Both the position numbers and the translations under genes were made by a program. Of a stretch of DNA of 39,723 nt, positions 31,659-39,723 are shown piece after piece. Position 1 is the first letter of the stretch; each line of letters starts with the position of its first letter. Location: positions 1 to 39,723 of the IMG/VR virus record IMGVR_UViG_3300017754_001608; one strand, written 5' to 3'. The notes beneath the pieces were generated by a model. It made no database searches. It had not been told where the DNA came from and worked only from the letters and a program-made list of their open reading frames with translations. This stretch comes from a virus. Taxonomy: Duplodnaviria; Caudoviricetes.

Positions 31659-34600
31659 ACCACTGCCCTCGTGTCTAAGCCGTCCATCTCTACGCGCTGC
31701 AATGTATCAGCAGTCTTGGCCGTGTGCTTGGCTGTTGATTCTTGCGCGCTCAGAATTTGATTCAGTAAGTTTACCATCTCTTGCGAGATTGGCTCACCAT
31801 TTGTTGTGTATCTGTCTGGCTGTGTTGGTGGCAACCATACGCGAGGGTCATTCTTAAGGTCTGCGATACCTTGCGATACGCCAATCACTGCCGACTCTAC
31901 GCGATTCAATGCGTCGAGCTGCGCGGTTTCAACGCCAAACACTATCTCGTTTGCGGTATCGAGCGCTGCGTAGAATTCAGCGGCTGCGGCAGACATTGAT
32001 AAGAGGCGATCATCAACACCCAGCAGCGCATTCAGTTGCTTTTGCGTCTCTGTTAGCTGGTCATCAATCAGCTTTACTTGCTCATCGTGTTGCTTCTTCG
32101 CTTCCGCTGCTGCAACGTCGAGTTTCAGTAAATCGGCTGCGTAATACTCTTCTGCCTTGGTGATTTGACGCTCAATCAGACTAACCTGCCGTTCAGCAGC
32201 AGAGATTGTTTTGCCAACGATTCCGCCGATGCCTGCCGCTTGGTTTCTCGCTGCCGCCATTGCGCGAGCTTGTTCTGTTGCAGATGAGAAGTTAGCAGAG
32301 CCTGATGAGTTAATCGCACCAAGCACAGATTGCAGCTCAGACTGATTCGGAATTAAACCGGCTTTCGCTTCGTTGAAGATTTGCGTCAGGCGCTTGAATG
32401 GGTCAACAACACCGCCAGACGTACCGATGAAGTCGTTAATAACATCAGTGATGCCTTGCAGATTGCTAATGTAATCACGCACTGCATCGCTTTGAGCTTC
32501 GTAACCAGCAATAACAGAATCACGCTGAGACTCTAAAGCCTCGCGCTCTTTATCAATGGCAGACAGTTTTAAATCAAGCTCAGTTTGCAGGCGTGATTTC
32601 TCGCGCTCTGCTGCATCTTGCAGTTTGCCAAATGCTTTTTGTGCTGCGTCTGTGGCGGCTGCGGCTGCATTTCTTGCTGATTGCGCCGCTGCGTCCTGTG
32701 CTGATGCTAATTCACGCTGAGCGCTTGCTGCGTCTTCCGCTGCGTAGATTTGCAGAAGTAAAGCACGCAGCGTTTCATCAGTTGCATCTAACTCCATTTG
32801 CCGACGTAAAGCCAATGCTTCAGCAGATTGCCCGAGCGCATCATATAATCGCAGCTGCAAATCCAGACCTTGTTGTTTCAGTGCTGCGGCTTTTGCCTCC
32901 GCTTCTTTCTGCGCTGCTTCTGCTGCAGCTTCAGATGCTGAGCGCTGAGCTTCCAAGGCTTGCAGGTATTGATCCATGCCTGGGACTAACTGCATCAGCG
33001 CGGCAAACTGCGCCTGACCTGCAGCTGTAGTTAAATCAATGGCATCAACCAATGCGCGGAAACCTTCTCTGGTTGTTGGCATGGTTGTATTAATTGCCGC
33101 GAATTGCTCTGCCAGTTGCTGCTGCAGCATCAATTGCCGCTCACTCTCTGAGTAGAAAGACTGGTAATACTGCGTTGACAGCGCGGATAATTGGTCAATG
33201 CCGCCAGCGAGATTCACGATGTTAGTCGCAGCTTCTGCAGCAGCTTTGCCGGTTAAACCGTAGTTCAGCCCGAGCGATTTGGTGATTGACTCAACTGCAG
33301 CCATGTTACCGGCAACACGATTAAGCGTATCAAGCAGTGTTTCGCCTTCAGCATGCAATCCGCCAAGCATATCGCCAAATACAGCTGAAACCATGCTTGA
33401 TGTAGTGCCGGCAACCCACTCTTGAATTGCTGCATCAATCTCTGTTTGGCTCTTGTCTTTTACTGACAGATTGAAAGATGCCGTGAAGTTTTTCAGCACT
33501 TCATCGGCGCCGGTGATGCCAATGCTTTTCGCAGCTAAAGACAATGCGTCTTGAATATCATCAAATGCCGCATCAATGCTTGATGTGTCAAATGCTTCAG
33601 TGCTCGTTCTGCGCTTAGTGCCGCCAAACAATGCGCGCTTCTTGCTTTCCTGTGTGGTGATAGAGCCTGATACGTCGCCACCGCCCAAAGCCAGCGACAG
33701 GTCTTGTGCAGTGGTTTTGTAAGATGTGCCAAACAGCCCGCCGCCAGAAATCTTGTTAACCACGCCAGCAATTGCAGCACCGGCAGCAATGATTGGCAAT
33801 GCAGCGCCGATGCCGGTCATGATTTCACCAGCCGCAAACAGATTTCCGGTTAAGCCGAAAGCCGTGCCGACTTGACCTGAGCCAAGCAAAGCTGCTGAAC
33901 CGGTGAAGCCTGAACCTAAAGCGCCCAATCCACCAGCAATGCCGCCTAAACTGCCAAGTGAACTCAGCCCACCAGCACCAGTTGCAGCACTTGCTCCACT
34001 AGGTAACATGCCGCCCATGCCGAGACTAATCATAATCGGCTTGGTCAGCGCCATATGCGCCATTTCAGCAAGCAGGCGTTTGAAGGCGTTTTTCATGCCA
34101 TCAACGACAGATTCAAAGCCGTCAAAAGCATTCAGCCATGCGTCAGCAAATGCTGCCTCGATACGCTCTTCTGCTTTTTCGCTGACGGTGGCGACAGTCT
34201 CCATGCCTTTGGTGGTTTTATCTTCCCACTCAAGCGATGCGTCGATTTCTTCCTCAAGTCTGGCAATGCGGTTTTTGTCGATTTCTTCAAGCATTTCCAA
34301 GCCTTCGAAATGCTCATCCATCGCAGCTGTCATATCGTCAAAGGCTTTCCTGCCAATCTTGCCGACTGATTCAGCTGTCTTGCCGTATTTCTCTAATCGG
34401 TCAATGCCGAAATCAAGCGACTTCGACTGCTCATCATAAGCAGCCCGCACCTTGTCAGCGCCGTCTAACTGAGCCTTGAAAGTATCAATTGATGCTTGGC
34501 GCTCATCCATAATCTTTTGGATCATCGCGGCCCGTGCATCGTTTGTTTTGGCAAAGTCTGCAGTTGGATCGTAAACGGCTGTAAGCGGATTGATTGCGTT

Positions 34601-35659
34601 AGCAGCCTTCTTGGCGTAAATAACAATCCTGTCATAGTAAGCAGCAACCTCAACAGTCGCTATTTGCAAAAACGCTTTGATGTTTTCCGGCATACTGACA
34701 AATGCGCCAATAATTAAATCGGCACTCTTTGCCATGTCGATATACCAAAACTTGCCGGCATTGGTAAACATCTTGCCGACTTCTTCAAGAATCGCCTCAA
34801 TGGCAAACCCAAAGCCGGAGAACTTACCAATGGCAGCATCGACGTATGCGCCAATTTGACCTGAGCCAATAGCGGCTGACAGGCTGCTGATTGCATCTGT
34901 TGCAGCTCTTACTGACGCCTCGATAACTCCGCCTGTGCCGGCAGCGCTAACTGTGCGGAATAAACCATCCCAAGAATCTTCAAGATTGCTGATTGCGCCG
35001 TCTAGCGTATTCATTCGGTTAGCCATTGCACCGGCGAATTCGTTATTTCCAAGACCCATCAAATAGCCTTCAATCTCATCAGCTGACTTTCTGACAGTTG
35101 TTGTCATGCCTCGGAATGTGAAAGAAACCCGATCGCCTTCTGATGATGCCTTGATGCCGAATTCTTTCAGGCGCTCAAACTCACCAACAGTCGCATCTGC
35201 AACAGCTTCGACCATCTGCGACAAGTCTTTGCCCATAGCTGCTGCAGTGTTGCCGTATGATGTCAGCGCCTTTTCGGATGGAGTTAATCCAAGGTTTACA
35301 AGCTGAGTAAATGCTTTGGTTGCTTGTGCAAGGCTATAAGGTGTCGTGGTGGCAAAATCTTCAATGGCTTTGAATGCCACTGAGGCCTCTTTGGCGCTGC
35401 CGGTTGCTGTGATTAATCCGGCGTTTAATACGTCAAATTCTCGCGTGACTGAAACAAGTTTGCTCAGTGCGGCAGTAGTAGACACTAACCCACCAATTGC
35501 AGCAGCAACGCCGGCAAAGCCTTTTGACACACTTGCCATTGATGAAGATACGGCACGGTCAGTTTTCGCGCCTTGCTTGGCTAGGTCATCAAGCCCGCGC
35601 TCAGCTTTGAGTAATCCGCTTGTGTCTGCAACGAAACCCAGCCTTGCTAAATCCGCCAT
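31655..35659 (-). CDS. Tail tape measure protein
   Basis: About 1334 aa, Ala-rich helical; FAxxTPY...GEFERLKEFGI...SNLxD; start MADLARL at 35659 after GGAG. Confidence 0.93.
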   Translation of the reverse strand: MADLARLGFVADTSGLLKAERGLDDLAKQGAKTDRAVSSSMASVSKGFAGVAAAIGGLVSTTAALSKLVSVTREFDVLNAGLITATGSAKEASVAFKAIEDFATTTPYSLAQATKAFTQLVNLGLTPSEKALTSYGNTAAAMGKDLSQMVEAVADATVGEFERLKEFGIKASSEGDRVSFTFRGMTTTVRKSADEIEGYLMGLGNNEFAGAMANRMNTLDGAISNLEDSWDGLFRTVSAAGTGGVIEASVRAATDAISSLSAAIGSGQIGAYVDAAIGKFSGFGFAIEAILEEVGKMFTNAGKFWYIDMAKSADLIIGAFVSMPENIKAFLQIATVEVAAYYDRIVIYAKKAANAINPLTAVYDPTADFAKTNDARAAMIQKIMDERQASIDTFKAQLDGADKVRAAYDEQSKSLDFGIDRLEKYGKTAESVGKIGRKAFDDMTAAMDEHFEGLEMLEEIDKNRIARLEEEIDASLEWEDKTTKGMETVATVSEKAEERIEAAFADAWLNAFDGFESVVDGMKNAFKRLLAEMAHMALTKPIMISLGMGGMLPSGASAATGAGGLSSLGSLGGIAGGLGALGSGFTGSAALLGSGQVGTAFGLTGNLFAAGEIMTGIGAALPIIAAGAAIAGVVNKISGGGLFGTSYKTTAQDLSLALGGGDVSGSITTQESKKRALFGGTKRRTSTEAFDTSSIDAAFDDIQDALSLAAKSIGITGADEVLKNFTASFNLSVKDKSQTEIDAAIQEWVAGTTSSMVSAVFGDMLGGLHAEGETLLDTLNRVAGNMAAVESITKSLGLNYGLTGKAAAEAATNIVNLAGGIDQLSALSTQYYQSFYSESERQLMLQQQLAEQFAAINTTMPTTREGFRALVDAIDLTTAAGQAQFAALMQLVPGMDQYLQALEAQRSASEAAAEAAQKEAEAKAAALKQQGLDLQLRLYDALGQSAEALALRRQMELDATDETLRALLLQIYAAEDAASAQRELASAQDAAAQSARNAAAAATDAAQKAFGKLQDAAEREKSRLQTELDLKLSAIDKEREALESQRDSVIAGYEAQSDAVRDYISNLQGITDVINDFIGTSGGVVDPFKRLTQIFNEAKAGLIPNQSELQSVLGAINSSGSANFSSATEQARAMAAARNQAAGIGGIVGKTISAAERQVSLIERQITKAEEYYAADLLKLDVAAAEAKKQHDEQVKLIDDQLTETQKQLNALLGVDDRLLSMSAAAAEFYAALDTANEIVFGVETAQLDALNRVESAVIGVSQGIADLKNDPRVWLPPTQPDRYTTNGEPISQEMVNLLNQILSAQESTAKHTAKTADTLQRVEMDGLDTRAVV

Positions 35660-35684
35660 GCTATAACTCCAAAAACTTTTGTTC

Positions 35685-35707
35685 AGTATAACTTGGTTAT
35701 GCGTAAC
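35685..35707 (-). promoter_or_regulatory. Putative late promoter GTTACGCATAAC-CAAGT-TATACT
   Basis: Near-identical to 8578-8600; upstream of TMP. Confidence 0.7.
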
Positions 35708-35736
35708 TTGCACGACTGGAAAAAGCAGACTATATT
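35708..35736 (+). promoter_or_regulatory. Sigma70-like promoter TTGCAC-N17-TATATT (antisense to tail genes)
   Basis: Same ACTTGCAC -35 as the early promoters at 22010 and 23034. Confidence 0.55.
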
Positions 35737-35742
35737 CGATTT

Positions 35743-35880
35743 ACTGATTGCACATCAGTTACGCCGTGTTAGCTGTGCCACTCCTTAGCCGCTGTTGCGC
35801 ACGGGATCCCGTTTTAATGTGCTAGGTTGCATAATTCATCTGTAATAAAAAAGCCCCATTAATTTGGGGCTTTCTCTTTT
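35743..35880 (+). ncRNA. Candidate ~135-nt small RNA
   Basis: Bounded by a promoter and a terminator; no RBS-led ORF; hairpins ACTGAT/ATCAGT and ACGGGATCCCGT. Confidence 0.4.
35847..35880. terminator. Bidirectional terminator
   Basis: AAAAAAGCCCCA-TTAATT-TGGGGCTTTCTCTTTT. Confidence 0.7.
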
Positions 35881-36320
35881 GCTGAACCTCGCAATCTTTG
35901 TTTAATCAGCCTCGTTTCTTCTTTGCGGTGCTGCTGAATCAATTCCTCATCATCAGTTTCATACGGTGGCGGCATATTCGCATCAGATGCGCGGTGATAC
36001 ATGCTGACGTAAGCGCGAGACAAGCTCATTAATACATCAGCTTCCCACCAATCAATATCTTCGCCTGACAGCTCTTTGAAAGCCTTTATTTCCTGCCAAG
36101 ATATTGACGTTATACCGCCAGCACCTTGTGAAACCATTCCGCACCTGTTGAGCATCTCAAGCAGATAATCGCCTTGGTCAACTGGCGGCAATATCCGGTG
36201 AATGTGATGCTCATGGAATTGATCGAGCCGACTTAATCTTTCTTTGTTTGATTCGCTATCTGGCACGCTGTGAAGCCATGCCAGATGTTGAACGTAAAGG
36301 ATTAGGTCGGCTTTTATGCC
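35859..36320 (-). CDS. Tail assembly chaperone, gpT-like part (probably a -1 frameshift extension)
   Basis: The -1 frame is open from 36320 (GIKADLILYVQHLAWLHSVP...); ISWQEIxA...WE...LxxLSRAY...PPY; lies just before TMP. Confidence 0.7.
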   Translation of the reverse strand, partial: GIKADLILYVQHLAWLHSVPDSESNKERLSRLDQFHEHHIHRILPPVDQGDYLLEMLNRCGMVSQGAGGITSISWQEIKAFKELSGEDIDWWEADVLMSLSRAYVSMYHRASDANMPPPYETDDEELIQQHRKEETRLIKQRLRGSAKEKAPN

Positions 36321-36718
36321 TTAAAAAGTTCAGACCGGTCAGAGCAGGCGGCGTCAACTTGTTCTTTAATCCATGGGTACTTCAGATACAGCGACTGAGC
36401 TGCGGCGACAGAGAATGGCAGCGCTTTACCATCTTCCTGAATGCCTGACCATGACAGCGTGCATTTTGCCAATAGTTCAGCACCGCGCTTTTCCATTTCT
36501 TCCAAGTCAACATCGTCTTTCTTGGTTTTCTTCAGCATGTTTTGTTTCACGCGGGCGCGGATTTCAGCCTTAAAAACTTTGGAGTCTGAGCCGGCAACGA
36601 CGATTGCCATAGGCTCATCTTTATCGTTAACCAGTGTTTCGCCGGTGGCAGGGTGTTTCAGCTCAACGGTCACACCCTTTTCAGCAAGCGAAACCACATC
36701 AAGATTGGACAAATCCAT
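36314..36718 (-). CDS. Tail assembly chaperone (gpG-like)
   Basis: LKHPATGE, GSDS, LLAKCTLSWSG and YPWIKEQVD; start MDLSNL at 36718. Confidence 0.85.
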   Translation of the reverse strand: MDLSNLDVVSLAEKGVTVELKHPATGETLVNDKDEPMAIVVAGSDSKVFKAEIRARVKQNMLKKTKKDDVDLEEMEKRGAELLAKCTLSWSGIQEDGKALPFSVAAAQSLYLKYPWIKEQVDAACSDRSELFKA

Positions 36719-36752
36719 AAATAACCTCATCAAGTTAGCATCCAGTGAATTA

Positions 36753-36803
36753 GTGGCAGGCGGTTGGATGAGTCCCGCTTTTCAGGCACGTTACCCTAGC
36801 CGG
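36753..36803 (-). ncRNA. Structured leader RNA, c4-antisense-like three-way junction
   Basis: GGCTAG...CTGCC base stem, GGTA/TGCC and GCGG/CCGC arms, GAAAA junction; loop CTCATCCA is complementary to downstream TGGATG and GATGAG(G). Confidence 0.45.
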
Positions 36804-36816
36804 TTACAGTGTAACA

Positions 36817-36843
36817 AATAAAAACGGGGCATTGAAGCCCCGT
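36817..36843 (-). terminator. Intrinsic terminator after the tail-tube genes
   Basis: ACGGGGC-TTCAAT-GCCCCGT followed by TTTTATTT. Confidence 0.75.
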
Positions 36844-36848
36844 AATTA

Positions 36849-36860
36849 GTAACGCGTAAC
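36849..36860. promoter_or_regulatory. Late-motif copy GTAACGCGTAAC
   Basis: Intergenic copy directly before the terminator; no adjacent -10. Confidence 0.45.
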
Positions 36861-36862
36861 CA

Positions 36863-37213
36863 TTAGGCGTTAGACAGCAATACAGCCTTAATGCCTGAAC
36901 CGCCAGTTACGGTAACAGCGCCTTGCAAAAACGCACTGATTGAATCCAGCGGGATTGCAGCGCGGGCGCCGGCACCAATAGATGGCACAGTGTAGCCAGA
37001 CGCAACACTAACCAAGCCAACGCCAGGCACAGATACGTTAGTGCCGGCTGCGCCGTCAATCAGTGGGGTTAATGCACCAGCAGTGACGTTATCCAGCACA
37101 AGAACCTGGCCAGCACCTTGCTTGTAAACCAGCGTGTCAGATGATCCAAGCGTAGTCACGGTCAACGCCCGCGAGCCTGGGCCGGTCATTAGTGTTTCAG
37201 CAATAACAGCCAT
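36863..37213 (-). CDS. Small beta-rich virion protein (possible tail-tube decoration)
   Basis: Co-transcribed with the major tail protein ahead of a terminator; paralog of 2745-3185. Confidence 0.7.
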   Translation of the reverse strand: MAVIAETLMTGPGSRALTVTTLGSSDTLVYKQGAGQVLVLDNVTAGALTPLIDGAAGTNVSVPGVGLVSVASGYTVPSIGAGARAAIPLDSISAFLQGAVTVTGGSGIKAVLLSNA

Positions 37214-37214
37214 G

Positions 37215-37661
37215 TTACACCTCCACGATCACAGAGTTGATTTCAATCTGCACAGTAGAGCTAACCATGCTGTTTGCAGAGCCTGGCGCTTTCGTGTAAG
37301 AGAAAATCTTGCCTGTGAAATAGTCGATGCTGCCATCTTGGTAAGTAACGCGGAAGCTGTGCTCAGTGTTTTTGTTGATACCGGTAACACCCAATGACAA
37401 AACCGCTTGACCAGCATCATCTGCATCACGCGCCAAAGACACCGACATAGAGCCGTTGTTGATGAAGCCTTTGTATTTTTCAGTGATACCGGTTGCCAAC
37501 GGCTGATGAGTAACAACCTCAGCAGATGCGCCATATTCTGGCAGGTCGGTTACTTCGCCAACGTTTACAAAAGTTAAAGCACCAAAACCTGCAGCATCAA
37601 CTGTGGCAGGCTGAGCGGCGACTACTGCAAGCAGGGTGCCGGTGGAAGTCAATACTGACAT
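37215..37661 (-). CDS. Major tail tube protein
   Basis: VGEVTDLPEYG...VTHQPL...KYKG..N.G...DAGQ; lies between the tail terminator and the chaperones. Confidence 0.85.
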   Translation of the reverse strand: MSVLTSTGTLLAVVAAQPATVDAAGFGALTFVNVGEVTDLPEYGASAEVVTHQPLATGITEKYKGFINNGSMSVSLARDADDAGQAVLSLGVTGINKNTEHSFRVTYQDGSIDYFTGKIFSYTKAPGSANSMVSSTVQIEINSVIVEV

Positions 37662-37703
37662 AATAAAACCCTCAAATTAGTGATTGATCAATCATCCGCT
37701 TAC

Positions 37704-37732
37704 AGTATATATGCGTAACGCGTAACCGTCTA
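37704..37732 (-). promoter_or_regulatory. Putative late promoter TAGACG-GTTACGCGTTAC-GCATA-TATACT
   Basis: Motif at 37715-37726, 5 nt from TATACT at 37704-37709; upstream of the major tail gene. Confidence 0.65.
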
Positions 37733-38137
37733 CAATAGGACTGTGAAGCGGATTGACAAGGAATAAACAAAATGCTCTCCGTCGATTCTTGCCGGTGAAG
37801 TGCTTGAGCCTTCAAGGTTTATCTTTAATGCGCCATCAGACATTGCGGCTGGTTGCCGCTGGAATGCTGCTTTCAATGTTTCGACGATCGCTAAGCCTTC
37901 AAACTTGCCTTTGCCTTTCGGTGTGCAAACATCCACTTGATAAACGCCGTCTTGCCGCTGCATGCCATTTGCTTCAAGCGCTAGGTCAAACGTTTCGCCA
38001 AACAGGCAGAATTCACGCAGATAACTGACGCTTGGCTGCATTGTGACAGCGACGTTTTCAGTGATGATTGCCGGCACTCCACTTACAGTTTGCAGCTTTG
38101 CGCGTAACAACTGGGCAATCTTGAATTCGTTAATCAT
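37730..38137 (-). CDS. Tail terminator protein (DUF4128-like)
   Basis: GVYQVDVxxPxGxG...LxxxF; precedes the tube gene. Confidence 0.75.
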   Translation of the reverse strand: MINEFKIAQLLRAKLQTVSGVPAIITENVAVTMQPSVSYLREFCLFGETFDLALEANGMQRQDGVYQVDVCTPKGKGKFEGLAIVETLKAAFQRQPAAMSDGALKINLEGSSTSPARIDGEHFVYSLSIRFTVLL

Positions 38138-38544
38138 TTCGCCTTCCTGATTTCATCTTCAACGATAGACTGCCAGCCTGCGACCGATAAGCGAACCATG
38201 CCGCTAGGCGCTTGCTGTGACCAGCCATATTCTAAGCGCTCTGCGTACGGCAGTGAGTTGGTGAAGTAGAAAAACTGACCGGTGTCGAGTAAATCCAACT
38301 TAGCTTTCAGCCTGCCAACAACTGCACCGCGACCTTCGCCAAGCTTTGTTTTTGCAAAGCTGTTTGTAGTGGATTCATCAGGCGCGCCATAAGCCGACAT
38401 CCAGTTGTTTTTAAAGCGACCTGAATCGACCGGCGACTTGGCAACGATAGCGCCGCCAATCCGCATCAGTGAGTTTTGCGCAACTTTCACCATCTTGGCT
38501 TTGTTGCGTTGCGCAATTCGCTGCAGGTCGGTTGCTAGGCTCAT
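38134..38544 (-). CDS. HK97 gp10-like tail completion protein
   Basis: SPVDSGRFKNNW, NSLPYAERLEYGWSQQAPSGMVR. Confidence 0.85.
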   Translation of the reverse strand: MSLATDLQRIAQRNKAKMVKVAQNSLMRIGGAIVAKSPVDSGRFKNNWMSAYGAPDESTTNSFAKTKLGEGRGAVVGRLKAKLDLLDTGQFFYFTNSLPYAERLEYGWSQQAPSGMVRLSVAGWQSIVEDEIRKAK

Positions 38545-38906
38545 TAGCGCCTCATCTGCAAAGACCAAAGCACAATAGTATTGCTGTCAGGCTGTAATTT
38601 ATTCGCCTGAACAACGCGCCATAACTCGCCGCCGAGCGTGGTAGTCATTCCGATTAATGGGGTCAGCCGAGTTGACAGCAACAACTTGCAATCGCCCATC
38701 TGAATCACGGAGCCGTCAATCTCTGCTGCTTTGTAATTCAGCTTAACGCCGGTGCCGGCAATTGATGCGCCAACACTTGGCGTAATCGGCGCGCCGGTGA
38801 TTGGATCAAACGCCGGCCCTGATTGCGTAGACAGCGTGACAGGTGCGCCAAACTTAGCGATAAGTCTATCAGCGGATGCCTGCGCGGCTAAATAGTCAAA
38901 GCTCAT
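38544..38906 (-). CDS. Head closure/head-tail joining protein
   Basis: ADRLIAKFG, IDGSVIQxGD, C-terminal LQMRR. Confidence 0.75.
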   Translation of the reverse strand: MSFDYLAAQASADRLIAKFGAPVTLSTQSGPAFDPITGAPITPSVGASIAGTGVKLNYKAAEIDGSVIQMGDCKLLLSTRLTPLIGMTTTLGGELWRVVQANKLQPDSNTIVLWSLQMRR

Positions 38907-39346
38907 ACGCGCACCAAGCCAGCACCGCCAACAACAAACGGACGCAACAGCATGTCTAATTCTGGCGTTTTACGCTTGAAAGTGGATTGACTGCCAGATT
39001 CATATTCAATCTCTTCTTCCAACACATCCACCTTGCTCATAATGCGCTTAACTGCGCCAGCTGATACAGATGCAAGGTCAAGAGTTAACAAGCCAGCCTG
39101 TTGCATCTCAACGGCTTTTAGTGCTGCTTTCTTAATGGCTGCAATCGTAACTTGGTCGGTTGGTAGTTTCATTTCCTGAGTATCGGAAACCGGCTGGCCT
39201 TTGAAGTTGTAATAGGTGTCGATGAAATCAGCAGACTTGATTAAATCCGCATCCAAATTGGTCAGGTCAGCATTAATGCCGCGAGCGTTGGCGTATGCTT
39301 CGTAATCTGCAGATGTAACGTATGAATCAGTTCCCAGAGTCGGCAT
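38903..39346 (-). CDS. Head-tail adaptor (DnaT-like/gp15-type)
   Basis: SYVTxxDxxAYAxARG...LIxxxDFID...FKG...KVDVLExEY...LLRPF. Confidence 0.8.
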   Translation of the reverse strand: MPTLGTDSYVTSADYEAYANARGINADLTNLDADLIKSADFIDTYYNFKGQPVSDTQEMKLPTDQVTIAAIKKAALKAVEMQQAGLLTLDLASVSAGAVKRIMSKVDVLEEEIEYESGSQSTFKRKTPELDMLLRPFVVGGAGLVRV

Positions 39347-39629
39347 TTTTCTCTTGCTCCACTAATTCAAGTTTGCGTTGGGCTAATTTATATTCAGCCC
39401 GCTTGGCGAGAAAATACATGATGGCGACGGGGATTGAGCAGAAACTGGCGATTGTTGACATATCCCATGTGTTTGGGTCAAAGATGCGACTAAACGCACC
39501 GCCAACAGTCCCAAGCCATAACAAAACAATCGTGGTCGTGCTGCCGATATACTCAAACACTCGATGCAAAACACTGTTGTTACTCTCAATCAATGTCTGA
39601 CCTATTTGGTGGAATATGTCGTTGTTCAT
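39327..39629 (-). CDS. Small two-TM membrane protein (holin-like)
   Basis: 100 aa, two hydrophobic segments, charged C-terminus. Confidence 0.6.
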   Translation of the reverse strand: MNNDIFHQIGQTLIESNNSVLHRVFEYIGSTTTIVLLWLGTVGGAFSRIFDPNTWDMSTIASFCSIPVAIMYFLAKRAEYKLAQRKLELVEQEKNADSGN

Positions 39630-39723
39630 CTAACTCTCTCTGCTTTCTTTTCGTTACGCGTAACAGGTAAAAGCAGTATACGATAAGACCAAGAGAAAAT
39701 AAAATCCTGAGCGCGTCTACGCA
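39601..39723. repeat. Terminal direct repeat (identical to 1-123)
   Basis: Exact sequence identity. Confidence 0.95.

Noticed and set aside
32600-32960. Ala/Gln-rich quasi-repeats in TMP
   Set aside because: Ordinary low-complexity coiled coil in tape measure proteins.
36803-36815. 13-bp dyad GTTACAGTGTAAC resembling a matS-type site or a late-motif variant
   Set aside because: Single copy with different spacing from the 12-mer, and it coincides with an extended -10; not enough support to call separately.
1-39723. tRNA genes, integrase, CI repressor, Q antiterminator, methyltransferase, introns/inteins
   Set aside because: No recognisable signatures by eye; absence needs confirmation with tRNAscan-SE and HMM searches.

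Overview
A complete, apparently circularly permuted ~39.6-kb siphovirus genome. Bases 1-123 are repeated exactly at 39601-39723, most likely an assembly overlap. The host is probably a Gram-negative gammaproteobacterium (Rz/Rz1 spanins, sigma70-type promoters). The minus strand carries a Cro-like HTH, a PD-(D/E)XK protein, O-like initiator, DnaB, DUF1367, NinG and small genes, then TerS, TerL, gp7/MuF, portal, scaffold and major capsid. These are followed by a 4.5-kb accessory fibre/depolymerase cassette, membrane proteins, neck and tail genes, tape measure, a minimal tail tip, NlpC/P60, endolysin, holin-like and spanin genes. The plus strand (19451-25994) carries a secreted protein, RecT, exonuclease, SSB, a PAPS-reductase-like protein, a beta-clamp-like protein and hypotheticals. 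I recognise no integrase, CI or Q antiterminator. The main signals beyond the gene list are: (1) a 12-bp palindrome GTTACGCGTAAC in the -35/-10 spacer of several late promoters; (2) RBS-occluding triloop hairpins on packaging/head genes; (3) several candidate structured or antisense RNAs; (4) a fibre cassette with an exact 24-aa repeat, flanked by two short ORFs sharing SNSKQKPK. All family assignments come from reading motifs by eye, not from database searches.
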